DNA of 64,000 bases from an uncultured Halobacteria archaeon (GCA_963847565.1 CAWKAE010000013.1:15757-79756), one strand, 5' to 3'; counted from the stretch's first letter, positions 51,292 to 63,029 are shown. Notes: a model not told the origin generated them from the letters alone. Numbers and translations are program-made.

Positions 51292-53944
51292 TCAGGCCTT
51301 CGCTTTCTTCCTCGACCTGTTCAGGCGTGCCGACAGGCGCCTGGCCATGTCACCGAACAGCTCGGTTTGCGTCGGATGCGGGTGAATTGCCTCGCCAACC
51401 TGCGCCAGTGTCAACCCGGCCGACACCATCATGACCGCTTCGCCAATCAGTGTATCCGCATGGTCCGCAAGGAAGTGTACGCCGATTACACGTTGCGTGG
51501 CCTTGTCCGCCACGATCTTGATCAAGCCATGCGTTTCGTGATTGATCATCGCCTTGGCATCGATGCTCATTGGCACCTTGATCTCGGCTGCGTCGATTCC
51601 CTTCGCTTTGGCCTGCTCCACTGACAGCCCGACAAACGCCGCCTGTGGGCGCGAGAAGATCACACCGCAATCCTTGTCCTGGTCGTATTGCATGTTCTCA
51701 CCGACGATCGTGGCAGCCGTGACCCGGCCCTGCTGGGCAGCCGTATGCGCCAGCATCAATCCGCCGACCACGTCGCCAACGGCAAAGATATTCGGCACGC
51801 TGGTACGGCAGCGACTGTCGGCAGTGACGATACTGCGTTCACTGGCAACACCGGCCTTATCCAGACCGAGACCATCCAGTACCGGCCGTTTGCCGGTCGC
51901 CATGATGACGTAATCCACAGTGAGTGAACGCTTCTTGCCATCCGCATCGGTATACGCAACCTTCATCGCACCCGGCGTACCGGATAGCTGGTTAACGGCG
52001 GCAGATGTATGCACGACCAGTCGCGGTTCATCGTTGAGTATGCCCGACAGTGTCTTCGCAATTTCAGGCTCCACTTCGGCGAGGATACGTTCCTGCGCTT
52101 CCAGCAGCGTCACCTTCGCGCCGAAGTCCTGGAAAATCTGCGCCATCTCCACACCAATTGCGCCGCCGCCGATGACGGCAAGCTTCTTCGGTGGCGATTC
52201 CAGCGCCCACACGGTGTCAGAGGTGAGGACGCCACCGCTGTCGAGGCCTTCCTGTGCGCCGGGAATCGGTGGCACAAACGGCGGTGCACCCGTGGCAATG
52301 ACGGCACAACCAAAACTGATGGTCCTGTCCGGTTTACCGGACGGCAAAGCTGCCCGTGCATGCGGATCAGACTGGTTGGTCGAGGTATGCACAGCCAGCG
52401 TGTGCGCATCGACCAGTTCGCCAAAACCCTGGATGTAGTCGATACGCACACCCTTGTCAGTCTTGAGCGCCATTTCACCACGTGTTTCAAGTACATTGCG
52501 TCGATGTGCTTCCAGGTCTTCCCACACCAGTTTTGCGCGTGTTGTTCCGGTCACGCCGAGCTTTGCATCCTCGGCGCGATCACGTATCCGGTCGGCCGCG
52601 GCGCGCCAGGCCTTGGAGGGTATACAGCCACGCCACAGGCACTCGCCACCGGGGAACGGTGAGTCGTTGATTACCGCCACCTTCAGCTTGTGCGCCACCA
52701 GGTCGCGCGCGCAGTCCTCGCCACCCGGACCACCACCGATAACCACCACATCGTAATCCCAGTCGCCTTCAGGTATCGCGGGGCCACCCGGTCCCATCCA
52801 GTCTGCGGGTTGCTCGATAAATGTCTTCAGCGTTTTCAGAAACAGCGCGACATCGGCACCATTAATGACGCGATGATCGGCCGTGATGGTAAAGGCGCTA
52901 CCCTTTTCCGTGTTCGAGGATATGGCGAGGATCGCGGCCAGCCCGGGCGTGGCAATCGCATCGAAATAGCTGACATCGAACATCCCCATGTTCGATATCT
53001 GAAAGGTTGCACCGGTGAACTCTTCCGGATTGAGGTGACGCGTACGGGCACGCGCCACGAGGTCTTTCCAGTCCGTGTTCAGTTCCGCCAGTTCACGCGA
53101 TTCGCTGTTGCGCAGGATCGGCACAACCAGGCCGCCGTCATCGGCGGCAACCGCCATACCGATATCCACCTGCGTGCGCTCGATCAGCTTGTCATCCGGC
53201 TGGTAACACCAGTTGATCTTCGGATGTTTCGTGATAGCCAGTGCGCAGGCCTTCGCCACGGCGACGGTCACGGACACGCCGGCCGACTTGGCGCGATGCC
53301 ATCAGCATTTCCAGGCGGATATGCGAGGTGACCCTGAAGGTCGGCATGGAAATCGAAGATGCCATGGCGCGCGAAATCGCTTTCTCCATCGATTTCATCG
53401 GCCGGCCATCGCCGGGTACGGCCAGCTCGAACGGTGCCGGCGCATGCGTGATATCAGCGGCCGTGATCACGCCCCCCGGACCCGAGCCGGACAGGCGGTC
53501 GATATCGACGCCCTGCTCCGCGGCAAGCCTGCGCGCCAGCGGCGAGGCCTTGCCGGACTGCGGCCCCTGCGGACGCGGCGCAGCAGCACCGCCCGTGGCA
53601 CTGCGCGTACCGGCAGTGGCCGGCGGCGCGGACTGCGCGGCTGCCACAGGCGCCGTTTCGGCCACGACGGGCGCAGCCTCGCTGGCATCGACGTCGGATT
53701 CCGATTCCACCAGGTAAGCGATAGCATGCGTGACCGGCACCACGGCATCGACCGGCGCCAGCGGCCCGGACAGGAAGCCGTCGCGGAATACTTCCACGTC
53801 CATGACCGCCTTGTCGGTCTCGACCGTGGCCACGATGTCGCCGCGCTTGACGGCATCGCCGATATTCTTTTCCCAGCTGACGATGACACCCTCGGTCATG
53901 GTGTCGGAAAGCTGGGGCATTTTGATTACATAGGGGTCAGCCAT
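51292..53944 (-). CDS. Pyruvate dehydrogenase E2-E3 fusion (lipoyl, subunit-binding, acetyltransferase, dihydrolipoamide dehydrogenase); apparent frameshift near 53290
   Basis: ETDKA, ASPLARRLA...GSGPGG; DHRVING in frame with GGGPGG, GGECLWRGCIPSK and HPHPT. Confidence 0.9.
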
Positions 53945-53967
53945 TTAGTGCCTGTCCTCAAAATCTA

Positions 53968-54114
53968 CTCGCGCCAAGTCGCAAAGGCGCCAAGAAATAA
54001 TTAATAATAATGAAATACGGAAAATCTATTTGCTTCATTCATTCTGCAACTGCAGCTGGAGTACAAAGCACCAGACATTAATTAATACTTTGCGCCTTTG
54101 CGCCTTTGCGCGAG
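53968..54114. repeat. CGCAAAG-type inverted repeat element D with AT-rich spacer
   Basis: CTCGCGCCAAGTCGCAAAGGCGCCAAG ... CTTTGCGCCTTTGCGCCTTTGCGCGAG. Confidence 0.8.
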
Positions 54115-54119
54115 AAAAA

Positions 54120-55101
54120 TTAAACTCCAAATATCTTTCTCACCGCTTCAACAACGTCACTGGCATCCGGTAACGCGGCTTTTTCCAGCGTATGGTTGTA
54201 CGGGATCGGCACGTTTAGCGCGGAAACCCGCACCGGTGCGGCATCCAGCTCGTAGAAACATTCCTCGTTGATAATCGCCATCACCTCCGCACCGACACCC
54301 ACGGCCGGCTCCGCCTCTTCGACGATCACCGCCCGGTGGGTTTTGCTGACCGAGTTGCGGATACCCTCGCGGTCCAGTGGACTCAGTGCATACAGGTCAA
54401 TGACCTCGGCCTCGATACCATGATGCTGTGACAGCAGCTCGGCCGCCTGCAAACACCAGTGAACGGAGATGTTGTAGCCGAACAGTGTAATGTCACGTCC
54501 TTCCCGTGCGACCTCGGACCCGATGAGCGGATGGAAGTATTCATCTTCCGGCACATCACCCGTCATGTTGTACATGAGCTCATGCTCATTTATGAACACG
54601 GGATCGTTACAACGCACGGCCGACTTCAGCAGGCCATATGCCTGGCGCGGGTTCGACGGCGTCACCACGCGCAGACCGGCAATGCCCATATATACCTTTT
54701 CCATGCGGGCCGAGTGTTGCGAGCCGAGCTGGTGCGCGGTTCCGCCGGGTGAGCGTACAACGATTGGTGCTTCCAGCTGACCGCCCGACATGTAGCGCAC
54801 CTTGGCCGCGGTATTAAACATCTGGTCCATCGCCAGCCAGGAGAAGTTGACCGACATGATTTCGATAATCGGGACGTACGCCGATAAACGATGCACCGAT
54901 ACCGAGACCGGTATAGCCGTTCTCGGAAATCGGCGTATCGATGATACGTTTCTCGCCGTACTTTTCGTAGAGACCCAGGGTAGCCTTGTAGGTACCGCCA
55001 ACGACACCGATATCCTCGCCCATGGCGATCACCAGCGGGTCGTTCGCAAGTTCCTCGTCATGCGCACGCAGAATCGCTTCCCACATCATTATATCGGCCA
55101 T
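54120..55101 (-). CDS. pdhB: Pyruvate dehydrogenase E1 beta (apparent frameshift near 54870)
   Basis: MGEDIG, DTPISE, QHS, DPV, IVEE. Confidence 0.92.
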
Positions 55102-55103
55102 GC

Positions 55104-56093
55104 TCAGTCTCCGCCGTTCACCCAGGGATCACCCTCGGCGAGTACATATTTTTCAACTTCCGCCACGTGCGGCTCGGGCGACTCGCTGGCAAAACGAATC
55201 ACTTCATCCTCGATCTCGTCAAGGATTTCGGTATCCATTTCCTTGTATTCCTCAAGCGTCAGCTTGCCGGCCTCGATCAGTCGATCACGCCACATAATGA
55301 TCGGGTCACGCGTACTCCACATACGCTCCTCGGTCTTGGCACGGTAGGCATTGGAATCGGACATGGAATGGCCGCGGTAGCGATAGGTCATCAGCTCCAG
55401 GAAATACGGCCCATTGCCGGAGCGGACATGCTTGATCGCCTTCGTCGCCGCCTTGTGCACGAGTTCAACATCCTGGCCGTCAACCTGGGCCGAGGGAATA
55501 TTATAGGCGGACACGCGCTTGTACTGGTCGACCACCGCGGTCGAACGATCGATGCGGGTACCGATGCCGTACAGGTTGTTTTCACACACGTAGAACACCG
55601 GCAGCTTCCACAGTGCCGCCATGTTCAGCGACTCGTGAAACGTCCCCTGGTTGTTGGCCGCATCACCGAGAAAACAGATACAGATCTCGTCGCCGCCCTG
55701 CAACTGGATGCCCTTGGCAATACCCGCAGCCAGCGGGAATGGGCCGCCAACCAGCGCATAGCCCCCCATAAAACGATGCTGCACATCGAAAATATGCATG
55801 GACCCGCCGCGCCCCTTGCTGACACCGGTTTCCCTGGCGAACAGCTCGGCCATCACCCTGCGCGGGTCCGAGCCCGACTTGATGGCGTGGACATGATCGC
55901 GGTAACTGGTGATGACGTAGTCATGGCCGACACGGGCAGCCTCGAGAACGCCATGTGCGCAGGCTTCTTCGCCGGGATAGAGATGCAAAAAGCCGCCAAT
56001 GTTGCGTTCGACGTAAGCCTCGTAACAGCGCTCTTCGAAACGACGGGCAAACAGCATCTCGCGTAACAGGCGTTTTTTATCAGCGTCTTTCAT
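55104..56093 (-). CDS. pdhA: Pyruvate dehydrogenase E1 alpha
   Basis: GGFLHLY, YRDH, GRGGSMH, GDAA..QGTFHESLN, ENN, YRYRGHSMSD. Confidence 0.95.
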   Translation of the reverse strand: MKDADKKRLLREMLFARRFEERCYEAYVERNIGGFLHLYPGEEACAHGVLEAARVGHDYVITSYRDHVHAIKSGSDPRRVMAELFARETGVSKGRGGSMHIFDVQHRFMGGYALVGGPFPLAAGIAKGIQLQGGDEICICFLGDAANNQGTFHESLNMAALWKLPVFYVCENNLYGIGTRIDRSTAVVDQYKRVSAYNIPSAQVDGQDVELVHKAATKAIKHVRSGNGPYFLELMTYRYRGHSMSDSNAYRAKTEERMWSTRDPIIMWRDRLIEAGKLTLEEYKEMDTEILDEIEDEVIRFASESPEPHVAEVEKYVLAEGDPWVNGGD

Positions 56094-56243
56094 GTCGCAG
56101 GTATCTGAATGTGATGGAAAGTCGGCGTTTCTCCGGCAACCGTCGCAATTAAATGGCCACCGGGCTGAAACAGGTACCGTAGCATACCCCATCCCTCTGA
56201 TTTCCCGAGGAAACAACGGTATCCGTAACACGGCAAGCGCGAT

Positions 56244-56272
56244 ATCATCTGTGTTTTGCGTTAACAGGTCAA
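56244..56272 (-). promoter_or_regulatory. Possible sigma-70 promoter of the pdh operon
   Basis: TTGACC-N17-GATGAT on the minus strand. Confidence 0.35.
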
Positions 56273-56282
56273 GGCAAAAAGC

Positions 56283-57801
56283 ATGCAGATTCCCTACACA
56301 TACATCGAAAATATTAATATAAATCAACAGGCAAAAGACGCTACAGAGAAGCAACTGGACAGTCAGCCCGCCGCCATCATGCTGATACCCGCCAGGCCGG
56401 GCAAAGATGTATGGGACCGCCTGCCCTATGGCGAGGTCATACGGACACGTTTTCAACGCCGCCTGCGGTCGGACAAGACCTGCAGCCGGATCACACTGGA
56501 CCTGCCGAACAAGAACGGCACACGCGTGCTGCTGCAAACAATCAAACCCGACACCAGCACATTCGCGTGCCTGACGCTGGCGCGCAAGCTGGCGGCCGAG
56601 CTGCGGACGATCGACCCGCAAAGTGTCTGCCTGCAGGTAGCCGGCTTCGACACGGAGACTGGCGAGCGTATTACAGAAAACATGCTCGCCGCCCTGCTGA
56701 CCGCGGCCTGCCCCATGCCCGATTTCAAATCCAAACCGGCACCGGATGTTGCACTGAAACGCGTCAACATTTATGGCCTGGCGAAGAAAATCAACCTGGA
56801 AGCCACTGCGCGCAGAAATCATGGGCAATCACCTCGCACGCTGGCTGGCGGCATTACCACCGAATGAGTTGACGCCCGGTCACTACCGGAAACTGGTCAG
56901 CCAGCTGGCGAAGCAGGAAGGCTGGACCATGCAGTTTCTCGACCGCAAGGCGCTCGCCCGCAAAAAAGCCGGTGCTTTCCTTGCCGTCGTGCAGGGCAGC
57001 CCGGTGCATGACGCCGGTATCGTCCACCTGCGTTACCGGCCGAAAGGTCGCGCCGGCAAGAAGCTTGCGCTGGTCGGCAAGGGTATCTGCTTCGATACCG
57101 GCGGCGTCAACGTCAAGCCGGCGAAATACATGAACGGCATGCACGAGGACATGCAGGGCAGCGCGGTCGCGCTCGGCACCCTGCTGTCACTGTCACGCAT
57201 CGGGGTAGATTACGCCATCGACTGCTGGCTCGCGCTGGCCGAAAATCACATCGGCAGCAAGGCCTACAAACCCAACGACGTGGTCACGGCCTGCAACGGC
57301 ACCACGATCGAGGTCAAGCACACGGATGCCGAGGGTCGCATGGTACTGGCAGACACACTGGTACTGGCCAGCCGCGAAAAGCCGCACGCGCTGATCGACT
57401 ATGCGACGCTCACCGGCGCCTGCATCTATTCACTGTCGTCGCGTTACAGCGGGGTTTTCACCAACCGCAGCAAACTGAATGAAACCCTGATCGAGGCTGG
57501 CAGCAATAGCGGTGAACGCGTGTGGCCGTTCCCGCTGGACGAGGACTTTGACGAGTCACTCGAATCCCCTGTTGCCGACACACTCCAGTGCACACTCGAA
57601 GGTGATGCCGACCACATCCTCGCCGCCCGCTTTCTCAAGCGCTTCGTCGATGACAAAATCAACTGGGTACATGTCGATCTTGCCGCCAGTAATCACAAGG
57701 GTGGACTGGGCCACGTGCCGACCGATACCACCGGCTTCGGCGTGCGCTTCACCCTCAACCTGCTTGCAGAGCAGCATTTCCTGGATGGCACATGGAACTG
57801 A
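56283..57801 (+). CDS. M17 leucyl aminopeptidase-family protein (apparent frameshift near 56800)
   Basis: [39 protein letters not shown]. Confidence 0.9.
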
Positions 57802-58823
57802 CACTCGCACGACCTGACGACTGGCACCTGCACGTCCGTGACGGTGACGCGCTGGCTGGCGTGGTCCCGCATACCGCGGCGCAATTCGGACGCGCCATCA
57901 TCATGCCGAACCTGCAGCCGCCGGTTACCACCGTTGCACAGGCACTGGCATACCGGCAGCGCATTCTTGCCGTGCTGCCGGTAGAGACTGCATTTAACCC
58001 GTTGATGACGCTCTACCTGACGGACAACACACCGCCGGATGAAATCATGCAGGCGGCCAACAGCGAACATGTGCATGCCGTCAAACTCTACCCCGCGGGC
58101 GCCACAACACACTCGGACGCAGGCGTGACGGATATTGCGAAAACGCACGCCGCGCTTGCCGCCATGCAGGAAACCGGGCTGCCCCTGCTGGTACACGCCG
58201 AGGTCACCGATGGTGACGTGGATGTTTTCGATCGCGAAGCAGTCTTTATCGAACGTCACCTGCGGCCACTGATTGAACGGTTCCCGGCACTGAAGCTGGT
58301 ACTGGAACATGTCACCACAGAGGACGGTGTCAACTTCGTCGAGTCCACGCCGGACACGGTTGCTGCCACTATCACGGCACATCACCTGTTAATGAACCGC
58401 AACGATATGTTTAACGGTGGCATACGGCCACATCACTACTGCCTGCCGGTGCTGAAGCGGGAACAGCACCGCGCCACCCTGGTCAGGGCCGCCACCAGCG
58501 GCAACCGCAAATTCTTCCTTGGCACAGACAGCGCACCGCATGCACGCGAACGCAAGGAAACCGCATGCGGCTGTGCCGGCATCTACACGGCCCACGCCGC
58601 CCTGGAACTGTACGCACAGGCATTCGAAACCGCCGGCGCACTCGACAAGCTGGAAGGTTTCGCCAGCCAGTTCGGCGCCGACTTCTACGACCTGCCACGC
58701 AACACCGACACCATTACACTGGAAAAAAGTGACTGGCAGTTACCGGACAGCTACCCGCTGGGAAACTCGACAGTCATCCCGATGCATGCGGGCGAGACAT
58801 TGCACTGGCAAATCAGGACCTGA
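57792..58823 (+). CDS. pyrC: Dihydroorotase
   Basis: [36 protein letters not shown]. Confidence 0.97.
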   Translation: MELTLARPDDWHLHVRDGDALAGVVPHTAAQFGRAIIMPNLQPPVTTVAQALAYRQRILAVLPVETAFNPLMTLYLTDNTPPDEIMQAANSEHVHAVKLYPAGATTHSDAGVTDIAKTHAALAAMQETGLPLLVHAEVTDGDVDVFDREAVFIERHLRPLIERFPALKLVLEHVTTEDGVNFVESTPDTVAATITAHHLLMNRNDMFNGGIRPHHYCLPVLKREQHRATLVRAATSGNRKFFLGTDSAPHARERKETACGCAGIYTAHAALELYAQAFETAGALDKLEGFASQFGADFYDLPRNTDTITLEKSDWQLPDSYPLGNSTVIPMHAGETLHWQIRT

Positions 58824-58975
58824 CAAATCATTCTGCGGGCACGTCTTGCCCACCCTCTCCAGGGTTAGCCGATCATTAACGGAACAACCTGCCAGGGAAC
58901 CGCAGAATTATTTAATTAACTTCTGATTAAATCACTACGTATTGCAGCGGGGTTCGGGAATGCTGTCGCACACAT

Positions 58976-59009
58976 CCGGATGACGGCCTGCGGCCTTGCC
59001 TGTCCGGGC
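58976..59009. repeat. Degenerate single REP-like hairpin
   Basis: CCGGATGACGGCCTGCGGCCTT...TCCGGG resembles CCGGAT...ATCCGG REPs but lacks the CTAC end. Confidence 0.35.
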
Positions 59010-59102
59010 AGAACAGCGATGACGCCGTGCTCCCTGTAGTAAATATTCCTCAAAATTCATATATGTATCGAAATCACGATGCCGATTCGGTATCCTGCAA
59101 CC

Positions 59103-59741
59103 ATGCTATCAAATGACGATAAAGCGCCTATAGCAACACGCTTTCGTGGCTTCCTGCCCGTGGTCGTCGATATAGAGACCGCCGGCTTCAACGCCAAACG
59201 CGATGCCATGCTGGAAATCGCCGCCGTCACCCTCGATATGGACGAACAGGGCAGGCTGAGCCGTTGCGAGACATTCGCAGCGCATGTCGAGCCGTTTCCC
59301 GGCGCCAACCTCGACCAGGAGTCACTGGATTTTACCGGCATCGATCCGTATAACCCGTTCCGCATGGCCAAGCCGGAACGCGAGGCGCTTGATTCAATAT
59401 TCAAACCTATCCGGCAAATGATCCGCGATACCGGTTGCAAACGCGCTGTACTGGTCGGGCACAACGCATCATTTGATCTTTCTTTCCTGAATGCCGCCGT
59501 CAACCGGACCGGCATCAAGCGCAACCCGTTTCACCCGTTCAGCACCTTCGATACCGTGTCGCTGGCGGGTATGGCCTACGGCCAGACAGTGCTGGCCCGT
59601 GCCGTTGAGGCAGCCGGATTCCCGTGGGACAGTGAAAAAGCGCACTCGGCAATTTATGATACCGAGCAAACAGCCGAATTGTTTTGTACTATTATCAATC
59701 GCTGGAATGAATTCACCCTGCAAAACCTCGACCCGGCCTAA
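59103..59741 (+). CDS. rnt: Ribonuclease T
   Basis: [39 protein letters not shown]. Confidence 0.96.
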   Translation: MLSNDDKAPIATRFRGFLPVVVDIETAGFNAKRDAMLEIAAVTLDMDEQGRLSRCETFAAHVEPFPGANLDQESLDFTGIDPYNPFRMAKPEREALDSIFKPIRQMIRDTGCKRAVLVGHNASFDLSFLNAAVNRTGIKRNPFHPFSTFDTVSLAGMAYGQTVLARAVEAAGFPWDSEKAHSAIYDTEQTAELFCTIINRWNEFTLQNLDPA

Positions 59742-59770
59742 CCATCCCTGTTACAAGAAGGTAAAAAACC

Positions 59771-60325
59771 ATGCCCGAAGCACCCGATCTTAAAGAACAA
59801 GTTCTCCAGTCACACGCCGGCCTGATTCACCGGGTCGTCATGCACTGCGAGAACCCCGGCTCCGTTCCCGATATCGAGCAGGTCCTGCAACAGGCTGAGC
59901 AAAACGACTGGAAATCGCTGGTGAATGCTATTCGCAACATCATTTCGGGTAATCGGGACGAGTCGGTGCTGGCAGGACTGGACAATGAAGACAGCCTTAT
60001 TGTCGATTCCATCCTGAAAGGCCTGCAGGATCCCAACACCCTGCCAGCCCTGGAAACAGACATTGATTCGTCCATGGCGGCACCCGGCATTGCCGGTCTC
60101 GTGCATGCCGCGCGCAATGGCAACACACAGGCCCTGCAGATTATTGCCAATATGGCGAAGCAAATGCTCGCGGCCGGCGGTGACATGGGCATCCTGTCCG
60201 GTCGCATCAGGCCGCTGATCGAAGGCGAACGCGACGCCGACAAACTCACCGAGAAAATGACCGACAAGGGTCAGAAGCTGATGCTGGATATCATCGAGGA
60301 ATTGCTCAAGCTGGAAGCCAGCTGA
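59771..60325 (+). CDS. Hypothetical all-helical protein with an internal duplication
   Basis: AAGG RBS; repeats IRNIISGNRD and IRPLIEGERD. Confidence 0.75.
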   Translation: MPEAPDLKEQVLQSHAGLIHRVVMHCENPGSVPDIEQVLQQAEQNDWKSLVNAIRNIISGNRDESVLAGLDNEDSLIVDSILKGLQDPNTLPALETDIDSSMAAPGIAGLVHAARNGNTQALQIIANMAKQMLAAGGDMGILSGRIRPLIEGERDADKLTEKMTDKGQKLMLDIIEELLKLEAS

Positions 60326-60333
60326 TAAAAAAG

Positions 60334-60402
60334 CTGTAGGAGCGCCTTGCAGGCGCGATTGTATTCCGGAAATCAGATCGCGCCTGCAAGGCGCTCCTAC
60401 AG
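60334..60402. repeat. GTAG-family REP doublet (REPIN), second subtype
   Basis: Perfect 26-bp inverted arms CTGTAGGAGCGCCTTGCAGGCGCGAT with a 17-nt spacer, between convergent genes. Confidence 0.9.
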
Positions 60403-60415
60403 GTATTTCTTTGCT

Positions 60416-60742
60416 TTATTCCGCTGTACCGTCCACTGCGGCTGACACCATCTTCTGCAACTCGCCTTTCTGGTACAGGTCCAGCGTGATATCACATCCG
60501 CCGACAAGCTCACCGTTAATGTAGACCTGCGGGAACGTTGGCCAGTTGGCGTAACGCGGCAGGTTTTCATACACCTCGGGGTCAGCAAAGACATTCACAT
60601 GCGTGAAATCCTTGCCACAGGCCGCCAGCGCCTGCGCGGTCCGGCTGGAATACCCGCACTGCGGCAACTGCGGCGTACCCTTCATAAAGATTACTACCGG
60701 GTTGTTTTTTACTGCTTCGTCAATCCGATCCATAACATCCAT
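60416..60742 (-). CDS. grxD: Monothiol glutaredoxin Grx4
   Basis: FMKGTP..PQCGYS, WPTFPQ, GGCDI. Confidence 0.95.
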   Translation of the reverse strand: MDVMDRIDEAVKNNPVVIFMKGTPQLPQCGYSSRTAQALAACGKDFTHVNVFADPEVYENLPRYANWPTFPQVYINGELVGGCDITLDLYQKGELQKMVSAAVDGTAE

Positions 60743-60828
60743 TACCTGTTACCTCACTTCAAATCAAGAATATGTTTTCTGAATACCTGACAGTTTAACT
60801 CGGGATTAGAGCTTGTAAATACTCCCCA

Positions 60829-62610
60829 TCAGGGGGATATATCCACATTTCTCTGTAACCAGAATTCCAGCAGGGTTAGGTGCCACAGCTTGCTGCCGAG
60901 CAACGGGGTATGCGACTGTTCGGGATTTTTCAGCAGTGCATTTACATAATTACGCTGGTACAGGCCACGCTCCCTGCAGGCCTGTGAATCGAGTACGCCG
61001 CGCATAAAATCAAGCGTGCGGCCACGAATATATTTCAGCGATGGCACCGGGAAATACCCCTTGGGACGGTCAATAACCATGTCCGGGAGCAGGTCGCGGG
61101 CAATCACCTTCAGGGGATGTTTGCCACCGGATTTCAGCTTGATCTCGGGTGGCATGCAGGTAACCAGCTCGACCAGTTCCTGGTCAAGGAACGGCACGCG
61201 CGCCTCCAGGCCCCAGGCCATGGTCATGTTGTCGACACGCTTGACCGGGTCATCGACGATCAGCGTCGTGACATCGTAGGCGAGCACCCGGTTCAGGAAC
61301 CGTTTGCCGTGAGAGGCCGCAAGCCCCTCCGCCACCATGGGCGTCGAATAGTCCGGCCCCTGGTATTGCTTCGACAGGGTCGCATGCATTTCGTCATGTG
61401 ACCGGTCAAAATACAATGGCTGGAAACGTTCGATATCCCCGCCATGCGCGGCCTGCATTTGCTGGTACCAGAAATAGCCGGCAAACACCTCGTCGGCACC
61501 CTGCCCGCTCTGCACGACCTTCACCTCCTGTGATACACGTTCGCCCAGCAGGTAAAAGGCGACGGTATCCTGGCCGACCATTGGCTCGGACATTTCGTCA
61601 ACCGCTTCCGGCAAGCGTGACAGCACCTCGGAGTTCGGTATATGAATACGCCGGTGACGCGTGTCATAGAGTTCGGCAACAAGGTCCGAGTATTCGAACT
61701 CGTTACCTTTCTCTTCCGGCTCGTCCTCGAAGCCGACCGAGAACGTCAGCAGGTCACTGCAGCCGGCTTCCGCCAGCAATGCAACCAGCAGGCTCGAATC
61801 CAGGCCACCGGACAGCAGGATGCCGACCGGCACGTCGGCAATCACGCGCCGGCGTTCAACGGCCCGCCGCAGTGCATCGTGCGTGGCTTCTATCCATTCC
61901 CATTCATTCAGGTTATCCGTGCATGTCAGCGCATCCAGTTGCCAGTAACGCGTTAACGTCCTGCGCCTGTTCGCCTGCACAACCAGGCTGTGACCAGGCG
62001 CCAGCTTGCGCAGCCCGCGCAGCAGGGTACGCGGCGCCGGCACCACGGCATGCAGGGTGAAATGTCGATGCAGACCAACCGGATCAATGCTGGTATCGAC
62101 ATCACCCGCAGCCAGCAACGCCTGGCTGGTCGAGGCAAAACGAATAGCCTCGCGCGTAATACTGTAATAAAGCGGCTTGATACCGAAACGGTCGCGCGCC
62201 AGAAACAGTTGCTGCCGGTTACTGTCCCAGATCGCGAACGCGAACACACCCTGGAGTCGCTCGGTACATGCCTCGCCCCACTCGGCATACGCCCGGAGTA
62301 TGACCTCGGTGTCGCCGGACGAGTTAAACACGTGCCCCCGCGCCTGCAACTCCTTGCGCAGTTCCGGGAAGTTGTAAATCGTCCCGTTGAAAACCAGCGC
62401 GAGTCCGGCTGCGTCATCCACCATGGGTTGGGCGGCACGCTCTGACAGGTCAATAACCGCAAGCCGCCGGTGACCGAGCGCAACCGGCCCGGACAGGTAT
62501 CGCCCGTCACCATCCGGCCCACGCCGTGCAAGCCGGTCCGTCATGACCTGGACAACTGCCGGATCAGGTGGTCGCCCGTCGAACCTCAATTCACCGCATA
62601 TACCGCACAT
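60829..62610 (-). CDS. AsnB-like glutamine amidotransferase, N-acetylglutaminylglutamine amidotransferase type
   Basis: MCGICGE, RGPD, RDRFGIKPLY, LSGGLDSS, SGQGADE, DDPVKRVDNMTMAWGLEARVPFLD. Confidence 0.9.
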   Translation of the reverse strand: MCGICGELRFDGRPPDPAVVQVMTDRLARRGPDGDGRYLSGPVALGHRRLAVIDLSERAAQPMVDDAAGLALVFNGTIYNFPELRKELQARGHVFNSSGDTEVILRAYAEWGEACTERLQGVFAFAIWDSNRQQLFLARDRFGIKPLYYSITREAIRFASTSQALLAAGDVDTSIDPVGLHRHFTLHAVVPAPRTLLRGLRKLAPGHSLVVQANRRRTLTRYWQLDALTCTDNLNEWEWIEATHDALRRAVERRRVIADVPVGILLSGGLDSSLLVALLAEAGCSDLLTFSVGFEDEPEEKGNEFEYSDLVAELYDTRHRRIHIPNSEVLSRLPEAVDEMSEPMVGQDTVAFYLLGERVSQEVKVVQSGQGADEVFAGYFWYQQMQAAHGGDIERFQPLYFDRSHDEMHATLSKQYQGPDYSTPMVAEGLAASHGKRFLNRVLAYDVTTLIVDDPVKRVDNMTMAWGLEARVPFLDQELVELVTCMPPEIKLKSGGKHPLKVIARDLLPDMVIDRPKGYFPVPSLKYIRGRTLDFMRGVLDSQACRERGLYQRNYVNALLKNPEQSHTPLLGSKLWHLTLLEFWLQRNVDISP

Positions 62611-62739
62611 AGTGTTTCCTGTATTGCCCGAGTTTTCGTGGCATCACTGCTGCCCCGTGAAACCAAATTGGTAATGCATTTATCATGGTGAATGAATACC
62701 CATACACAAGCTTGATGCATATATCAGATATGAAGCCAA

Positions 62740-62889
62740 TCGCCGCAACCTAAAAGAGTATCCCATCTCCCTCCCCCCAAGGGGGAGGGCTGGGGAGAGG
62801 GGATCAAACATAATAACTGTTTGATGTTCTATTCCCTCTCCCTGGCCCTCTCCCGGAGGGAGAGGGGATACTCTTTTAGGTTGCGGCGA
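62740..62889. repeat. Composite REP-like element C: CCCTCTCCC doublet inside a perfect 25-bp inverted repeat
   Basis: TCGCCGCAACCTAAAAGAGTATCCC (62740-62764) / GGGATACTCTTTTAGGTTGCGGCGA (62865-62889). Confidence 0.85.
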
Positions 62890-63029
62890 GAAACACTCCA
62901 TTGAACAGCCTTCTTCCGGGTAACACTCGGCTTCCTCGCCGCCAACAACCCTGCGAGCACCGCCATGCAGCTTCATTAAACGGGCGCAGCCAATTACTGC
63001 GTCACGACCGCACCCGCCATGACAAAACA

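Noticed and set aside
3018-57801. About eleven frameshifted genes (PPTase, regB tail, hda, metG, DUF692, glutamate-synthase-like, purT, argG, E2-E3, pdhB, pepA-like) as pseudogenes or programmed frameshifting
   Set aside because: They include essential genes, both halves are intact with no in-frame stops or decay, and no shared slippery motif is evident. Sequencing or assembly indels are the simplest explanation; read polishing would settle it.
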